Below are positions 56,225-64,000 of a stretch of DNA of 64,000 nucleotides, piece by piece. Numbering within the stretch: position 1 is the first letter of the stretch; every line of letters starts with the position of its first letter. The position numbers and the translations under genes are program-made. The notes beneath the pieces were generated by a model that was given only the letters and a program-made list of their open reading frames with translations, did not search any database and was not told where the DNA came from. The DNA is from Chrysomallon squamiferum (taxonomy: Eukaryota; Animalia; Mollusca), in NCBI GenBank assembly GCA_012295275.1, contig CM022669.1:11470001-11534000 (forward strand), given 5' to 3'.

Positions 56225-56470
56225 AATGTTCCCATGGTTTATTTTTCTCAGTATAATCAAACAGTGAATGTTGAATATTTAAATATTTATCTATTGTTCC
56301 GTAATTTATTTTTCTCAGTACAAACAAATTTAGTAACTGTTGAATGCTGAAATTAGTATCTACTAGAATCTAGTGTTCCTTATTGTTTTCAGTATAACCA
56401 AATTTAGTAAATGCTGAATATTTATATTTGTATCTAATGTGACCTAATTTATTTTTCTCAATATTAGTAA
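56225..56470 (+). repeat. Degenerate ~70-bp tandem repeat x~3.5 upstream of the GPCR coding exon
   Basis: TTTATTTTTCTCAGTA...GAATATTT...TATCTA recurs near 56238, 56306, ~56380 and 56447. Confidence 0.7.
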
Positions 56471-57105
56471 CTACTGACTTTTTTTTATGTCAAAATTTCA
56501 AATTTCCCTTTTCAAGATAAATAAATAAATAAATAAATAAATAAATACTTCATTTTATACACACTGTTTATTTTCCCCATTATATTGGAAATAAATAAAT
56601 GTAACTATGGGATTTAACAAATCTTAAAAGTAATTTAAGTGCACTTGCTTAAAATGTTTCACAAAGTATGTCCACTAACCTTTTGGGTCATAATTTTATT
56701 TCTCCCTAAATGAAAAATATTTTATCACTTATGATTTCATAACTATGTCTAATCTAAAATTTACTTACTGTCTAGTTAAATTAAAACAGTAGTTTAACTG
56801 CACAACAAAGTACAATTAAATAAGAAATAAATGTATTTTAAAATGTTCAGTTACTCTTTAAGCAACTCTATATTTTAACATTTGCAGTAATAAATTTAGT
56901 TTATACTTTTATCTATCTGTGGTATACATATTTTATTACATATAAATCACATTATTAATATAAATATATATAACAAGTGAAAAAAAGCACAAAAAAAAAA
57001 AAAAAAAAATTACAATAAGACAACAAAAATGAAAATAATAACCAAAAGGTTGAACATTTTCAATGTAACAAGTAAAAAGTAATTAAAGAAATAATTAGAA
57101 CTCAC

Positions 57106-57203
57106 TCTAGTAAGTGTGACCAGGGAACCACTTTGTCTGCGACATTGAGAGTTTGTCAAGAGAACTAGACTGACATGGATATGTTAACATATCTGATAAG
57201 CCA
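57106..57203 (-). other. Putative non-coding 5' UTR exon of the GPCR containing a 27-codon uORF
   Basis: Minus strand has a CTAAC branch point, tttctggttctgTAG acceptor (57204) and GTGAGT donor (57105). The GPCR ATG is directly preceded by an acceptor (tgtgtttaaCAG|ATG), implying an upstream exon. Confidence 0.5.
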
Positions 57204-58716
57204 CTACAGAACCAGAAAGTTAAATGTGTTAGCAACCTAACTCTGTCCTTGTGCAATGAAACTATATATGCATGTAATTATATACTTAAATGACGTCTTT
57301 ACGAACACATTAGCTTGATAATACAGGTTTTTATCTCACACTTTTCCTTTTTAGCATATTGTGTATTAATAAAAAAAAAAAAAATAATAATAATAATGAA
57401 ATTATCCTTATGATACAATACTGGAATCACAAATTTTCTAAATGCATTATCTCGTAAGACTAAACATACCACAGTATTTGATTTCTGCCGATTCAGCAAC
57501 AGTATCAAAAGTACAAACACTGAGAGATCCAAAAGATATCAGAGTTTATTATTAAAACATTACAGACTGCTAGGGTCCAATCCACAGTTTCGTACAGGGG
57601 TATTTCATCACTGTAATACTGCTAGGAGAAATAACATCTTTACAAAGAGAAATTATCACTAAGGAACAAGGAAAAGGTATATATTTAAATAATTTCAGTT
57701 ATTTAGTGCAGTTATGCATCTACATCATACGAATTTACTACATTTATATATCAAAAAACACATTTTAATAGTGATGAATTATTGCAAGTTGTATCTTCTC
57801 CAGTGATGGCATTATTCTTCTGAAATCATTCTTCTGGTTTATCAACATTATTTTTTTATTGTTATAATTATTTTGTATATGCAGATATGATACATTAGCA
57901 TTCTACATGAAAAAAAATATATATGTATATAAAATGTTTTCTAAAAAATGCCTTAGAAATACAAGTTTTGTATTATTTAGCTGAAATGAAAAACACTCAA
58001 ATGGTACCCGAAAGAAAAAGATTTTTATATTCCATCAAACCTCAGACAAATCAGCCAATGTATACAAGAAGTGAAATTATAACCAATAACTTGTTAAAAA
58101 AACCAAAAACAACTACTATATATTTAATCTGTAAAGGTGAAAAAAGTAAAAATTAATGTTGTTTTACATTATCTCAGTATAGCTAAACAATAGAAAAATA
58201 AAAAAAAGTCAAAATATTCAAAGACAAAAATGTATTTTTATTTAAATAAAATGGATGATGACATATGTTTTTATTTCTTTCTTCCTAAAGAGATGATAAC
58301 TATATAGATGATGGATTCACTGGACAGTTCAACGTTTGCATTCGAAGTAGTTAACAACAACAACAATATACACAGTTCCAGTATGTTTTAGCAAATAACA
58401 GTTGCTTCACTTTAGCTATCACCTGGATTCAGATAGTATTTGTTTTTATTCCATAAGGATCACGAGCGATATCTGAAAGTATACAAAATTTACAAAATGT
58501 CAAAATTTATAAGTTGTATCTGATGATATGTTTGTATTGTCATTTTTTTTGTTTTAATCAAAACCTTCATTATGACCATTTAATTCATAGTCAGGACAAT
58601 TATTATAAAGAAATTGCAATCTTTAGAGAATTTTCACCAAAAATCTAAAAATTTGTATAAAAGAACTATATAAAACGTCTTTGATTACCATTAATTTCCT
58701 AACAGTTTTTTAAATT

Positions 58717-58877
58717 TTATTTAGCTGCTGCTTTCTTTTTATCAGATTCCTTCTTCTTTTCAGCAGCTATTTTGGCCTCTTCAGCTTCATATTTTTTAAT
58801 CATGGCTTCCACCTTGGAATTCGGTAATATGCTGATTTGAGTACACCCGTCCTTTCTTGTGAGAGTAGCAATCTCAA
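58717..58877 (-). CDS. PSMA4: PSMA4 coding exon 8 (with stop)
   Basis: atttCAG|TTGAGATT; [10 protein letters not shown]...charged C-terminal tail [21 protein letters not shown]. Confidence 0.95.
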
Positions 58878-61800
58878 CTGAAATTAAATATAAAACATAG
58901 ACTAAAACACACATCTCAGCCTAGCAGTCAGACTGTTAATTCTCTAATTTGGATTAAAAGATAATTCTTGGTAAAGACAAATTTCTTCTAATTGAGAGAT
59001 TTGAAAGGAAACCTGACTGTCATCACCACACAGGTTACTCTTATTTATAAGCAGCAAAGATGGTTTTATGTGAAGCTTCAGCAGACAGGAATATACATTT
59101 TACAGCCTTTGATTTTGACCAATGTAATGGTACACATGGTTACGTATCAAGAAATTATTAATTTACACAAACTTATATCTTAGTAATGTATCTCAAAATG
59201 CCAAGCGGTAATATTTTCCCCACACCAGTAGCTCTGCTTATGGTAATATGATAACTAATAATCAGTAAATGTTTTACCTTTCTCTGGAGTCAGTTTCGTC
59301 ATGTCAAGTGTCTTGCTCAGAACTTTGATGGCGAGTTCAAGAGCTTGGTTCAGATCTGTTTCACCTTCTTTGTACTCTTGTTTCAACATTGACACTGCAT
59401 TCTTCACAAAATTCAAATTAGTTATTAGTCAACCTAGCATTTACTTTCTATAATTATCTTCATCAATGTTTTAAAAAACATAATATATCATTATCATATT
59501 AGACGTTAGCCAACTATAAATTATGAAAATAATAACCTATAGATAGCTGAATATATCTAATTTCATATTTTGCCACTCTATACAAGGTGAAATTTGTTTA
59601 TTTGCACATGAATGCAATTATCACATCACGTATATTAGAATTAAAAATATTTTAATACATGTTTTGTATAAAAGACAAAACTGAACATACAGCACTGTTG
59701 TTGCCAATGCAGGTTGCTTTCCATCCACCATAGTTGCCACTCGGGTCACTCTGGTACAGCTGGAAGCCATAGTGTTTATCCCAGCCCATATACAGCAATG
59801 ACACACCAAAAGGACGTTTCCCTGGAGAAAATTGAATAAGTAAATTAAATCAATTAAAAAAATCTAGCATTACTGGAGCGTCGAAGCATTACATTACAAT
59901 GAGAAAAATCGAGCATACTGTGTGTAATTTGTCTACAATCTACAGAGAAGTGAGAAAAGATTTGTTAAGTGGAAATTACAGAAAAATAATACTTAGTTTA
60001 TGTGGTTACCTCCAAACTGTGTGTATGCCTGTTTGATATCACAGAGAGTGCTGACAACTTGCTCACATGGAATTGGTTCTTGATATTGTATCAGATATCT
60101 AAAAAAAATAAAAAATAAACCTGTCATTGTTGTAGTTTTCAAACTAGTTTTAGGATTTCCAAAAATCCAGTGATAACTTTTCATTAAATGGTATCTGTGG
60201 TTGTAATTATCAAAAATTTAGTTTTTTTTTAATACATTGTAAATTAAGTAAAAACCGATCCGTTTAAAATCCAAGTTTGCAACTTTTTTAATGTAAGGGA
60301 AATAATTACAATGCCATCCAAAAGAATAAGAGTTATTTCCCTTATAATTATAAGCTAAGTTGTATCAAAATTATTTTGTAAACTCTTCAAAAGGTTAAAA
60401 ATAAATACATATATTAAACTTATTTTGAATATAAATAAAAATTTAAACTGAAATAGTGAATAGGTTATTCTCGAATGTATTTAATATGTCAAACATTGCT
60501 TCAATAGATTATTCTCTTCATCCAATGGTTCTACTTCTTCAGTAGAAAAATAATTAATTTTCCAAGAAAGACAATTAATAATTGCTACTCACCTCTGTGC
60601 TATTAACCGGAGTTGATTAGTGAGAACATTTGCATCAGCTGTGATTCCAGCAACACTGCAAGCCATATCCCTAAAAACAAAATATAATCCTTGAATTATA
60701 CTATTTAGAAAGTAATAAGGATACTTTCTAATCTAAGATGTAGCAAATGACTGCAATTTCAACTATAGCTTTGTTAAAAAAAAAAAAAAACAAGAACTAA
60801 AACGTTTTGTTTTAGATACAAGTATAAAAAATTAAACAAAATTAATTAGGTAAAATCTAAGTGACAAAATCAAACACTGATAGTTTAAGAATAAATAGAA
60901 TATGTTTATTTTTCTTACTCATGCAGTTTGTATATTTTCTCTGAGTTAGCCGAGTCATCAAGTAATTTGTTTGTGTTTCTTTTCTCTGCTGCTAGTAAAA
61001 CTCCATCACTTGCCAAAATACCTAGACATGTTCCTGCATGACCAATAGCTTCCATTGCATATTCCACTTGGTAGAGGCGCCCTGAAAAAGAATTAACTTT
61101 TTTTTTTTTGTCTGGAAATTGATAATATACATTTATTGTCACCATTCAGAATTCCTTTGCTCAATTCATACTCCATAATTCAAGAACAGATGCAAAATTG
61201 GTTTGTGTGTGCCAAAGCCCATTTCTTAGGTATCTCATAAAGAACGCTTCAATTGATTGTCAGTGTATGAAAAATACATTAAAAATAAAAAGTGTCTGAT
61301 TTCTTAAATCATATAAACAGATAATCAATGTACAAATAAGTTGAACTTGAACAATGCAGATTGAAATTATGGTCACAGGTGTCATAAAACTTGCATCCTT
61401 CTATCTCACATGACATGACTTATTCAAAGTTTACTGTCAAGGGGATCATTTTGATGGATTAATTTTCATGACCACATATGCCTTTTTAGAGATTATATTC
61501 ACAATCATAACAAATACCTGATGGTGTTGACTTGTCTACATTAGTTTGATCATTTACCAAAACCTAATTCAGTCCAAATTCAAAAGCTGAACTTACAACA
61601 AATACATGAATGATGTGATTCCAGTTACTGCTGATATATCATTTGTTTTCTGACTGATAAAAACAAAACTCACTAATTTACATATATGATATTTTATACA
61701 TGTATGTATAAAATATATCAATGACAGACTTATAAACAGTACAAGTGCGGAAGACAAAATAGTTTTTCACGAATAAGTAAATATTGGCATTTCATAACCA

Positions 61801-62400
61801 AGTTAGAGCCTAAAATAAAACACACATATAAAATATACTTGCCTTCGGGCGAAAAAATTGTTGTTCTTGAATCATATCTACGAGCCTATTGAAAAAAAGT
61901 TATACGTGATTAAAATGTTTGAAATTTCAATATATTACATAATGCTGTGAAGGTTTTATTATTGTTATTATTATTACTTTGCTTTTATTTTCTCCATCTA
62001 TGTTTTTTGTTTAGTATTCTATCGGATTTACAGATAGAAGAGAGCATTTTATTAATCTTTTAATGTAAATATTATTACTTCTAATATAGCAAAGACTAGT
62101 AGCCTAAAACAGAATAATAACAATTATAATCTCGACAGTCGTTAAACAGTAAAGGATTAAATCAGAAGACTATCCAATCCTAGATAAATGTATTCTGAAC
62201 AACTCGTAATACTGAATTAGTGAAGGTAAACGAAATAAAATGTCAGTTAATGTATAACTCATTTATTAATACAATAGTTATATTTTACAATTCAAATATT
62301 ATGCGAGCAAAACAATATCTATATTTATTTTGTAAACACTTGTGCAAATAATTCTGCAAAATTAACTAAATAATAATTCGCATGTCATGCAACCTACCAT
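58717..62400 (-). CDS. PSMA4: Proteasome subunit alpha type-4 (20S alpha3), 8 coding exons, 263 aa
   Basis: Manually spliced exons 62400-62398, 61885-61843, 61081-60919, 60670-60593, 60098-60010, 59821-59691, 59401-59278, 58877-58717 total 792 nt. They read [32 protein letters not shown]...[42 protein letters not shown]...KKKAAAK*, which carries the proteasome alpha N-terminal signature. All splice phases are compatible. Confidence 0.97.
59278..59401 (-). CDS. PSMA4: PSMA4 coding exon 7
   Basis: tttgtgAAG|AATGCA ... GAAAG|GTAAA; 124 nt; [41 protein letters not shown]. Confidence 0.94.
59691..59821 (-). CDS. PSMA4: PSMA4 coding exon 6
   Basis: ttctcCAG|GG ... AGTGCT|GTATGT; 131 nt; [43 protein letters not shown]. 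Confidence 0.97.
60010..60098 (-). CDS. PSMA4: PSMA4 coding exon 5
   Basis: ttttTAG|A ... GGAG|GTAAC; 89 nt; [29 protein letters not shown]. Confidence 0.96.
60593..60670 (-). CDS. PSMA4: PSMA4 coding exon 4
   Basis: ttttTAG|G ... CAGAG|GTGAG; 78 nt; [25 protein letters not shown]. Confidence 0.96.
60919..61081 (-). CDS. PSMA4: PSMA4 coding exon 3
   Basis: ttttcAG|GGCGCCTCTAC ... CATGA|GTAAG; 163 nt; [16 protein letters not shown]...KIYKLH. Confidence 0.97.
61843..61885 (-). CDS. PSMA4: PSMA4 coding exon 2 ([15 protein letters not shown])
   Basis: Acceptor tttttcaatAG; 43 nt; donor AG|GCAAGT (GC type). Confidence 0.93.
62398..62400 (-). CDS. PSMA4: PSMA4 coding exon 1 (ATG only)
   Basis: Minus strand reads ACAAAATG|GTAGGT and joins in phase 0 to ARRYDSR. 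Confidence 0.8.
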
Positions 62401-62600
62401 TTTGTATTTACTGATTTTGTTATCTATTGCGCAGCATACTTAAGGAACGAACCGAAAACATGCGACTAGTGATCAGTCCATTATAATGAACATCGCCATT
62501 CGGGACTGACGTTAGTTCGGAATACGGATACGGAATTGACCGTGTCAGCATGGTAGCAGCGTGACAAAATTGGGAGAAAACATCAAACACAGTTACAATT
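62401..62600 (-). promoter_or_regulatory. PSMA4 5' UTR and proximal promoter region
   Basis: Local CpG- and GC-enriched patch immediately upstream of the ATG exon; exact TSS not determinable. Confidence 0.5.
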
Positions 62601-64000
62601 TGAACATACCGTAATGAATGTATATAGAACCTATTAATAATGCAGATTTTTCTTTTCTTTGTTGTTGTTCTTGATCTATTTTAAATATATATATATTATT
62701 ATTATCATTATGATTATTTATTACTTAAACAATTTTTATTTATTTTTTTAGTATTTGGTTAAATCTTCCCCCCCCCCCCTTTTTAAATTATTAGCTTTGT
62801 GGAACATATCACCTGGATAAAATGATTTTCTCGGTATGCCCATTTCTCACTGCAGACAGTACAACAAACTGTTTTATCAAATGTTATTTCCTTCTTTTTT
62901 TTCCAAACAGAAAGGTGAGAAATATATATTACTATCCATATTATTATAAAATGCTTTGTTTCTTCCTGTACAGTGTTTATGTTTTGCAACTATATTAAAT
63001 ATGGGTTTTTGTTTTATTGTTATTTTGATATTTCCTTTTAAACTTCTAAACTCTTTAGAATTCATTTGTTTGAGCAAAATTTAACATACACTGATACAGT
63101 AATAAAAATGCCACAGATTAAAAATAAAATTTATTGTTTTAAAACATGTAATATGAAAGCAATAAGTCTAATATCATAGCAAAACCAAAACAATTCTAAT
63201 GCAATAATCTGCACAAGTTTTTTCTCACTTAATTTTAGTAGCATGGTAACATTGTAAAAACATCTGACATTAGTCTGAAAAAACATGGCTTAATCTTTAA
63301 AAAACAAAAATATGATAATATAAAAAACTGAAATTTTTAATTTTTATATTTTTTAATGCTTGTTTTGCTTTTTCAAAATGTCTCAAATATTAAACGAATC
63401 TTAACTTTGATTTGAAAATTAAATTCAGTTTTAAAACATTACTGCTAATATAATTTTTCTATCTAATCCTCTACACTATGATACATCTACAGATAGGTGC
63501 TGCAATTGGAAATGAGTATACTACTGATCAGAATTCACATTCACCAAACTTTTTGTTAGAATTTTTACTCCATTAGTTATTTCTTACTATAATTAAGAAC
63601 ACAGCTAAAAATAAAACAATAACAGAAATTAAGACTGAAGTAAAAATTTATTACATATAAAGACAAAATACAAGAAAACATATTTGAATGTGTTTAGTTC
63701 TACTTTTGTTTCAAATGTAAACCTGAAAGTGAATGAAAATATGGTGATGGACAACATCATACAAAACACATCTAAAAGTAATAATATATCTTGAGAAAAA
63801 TATATTACCTTATTAATTTGTTTTATTTAACTGAACACTGCAAATTATAGAATCAGTAAACTGCTAAAATAATTCAGTTACAATGATAAATAAATTCTGA
63901 TATAATACAAATAACTTTCTGTATAATATAATGTATATAAATAAATTTCTGTATTATTTATTCTGAAATTTACAAGCCATCTTATTTTTGTTTATTAATA

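Noticed and set aside
62550-64000. Divergent or upstream neighbour gene of PSMA4
   Set aside because: No recognisable exon or ORF in the remaining 1.4 kb.

Overview
AT-rich, microsatellite-dense animal genomic DNA; an invertebrate, possibly a mollusc (inference). Two protein-coding genes are supportable, both on the minus strand at the right end. One is a complete 8-coding-exon proteasome alpha-4 gene (PSMA4, 58717-62400, 263 aa, one GC-AG intron). The other, 2.8 kb downstream, is a divergent orphan class A GPCR with an intronless coding region (54872-55921) and an unusually rewired TM2/TM6/TM7 core. The first ~54 kb has no recognisable coding exon. It holds microsatellites, about ten minisatellites, two MITE-like elements, decayed SINE-like copies and several unique CpG-retaining islands. 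Its most striking structure is a pair of near-identical long inverted arms (~21211-22230 and ~28453-30068) that carry an internal 40-bp satellite and enclose ~6.2 kb. Most long ORFs in the track are repeat artefacts. I cannot demonstrate a new biological system from sequence alone; the best leads are the inverted-arm structure, the atypical GPCR and its possible splicing link to PSMA4.
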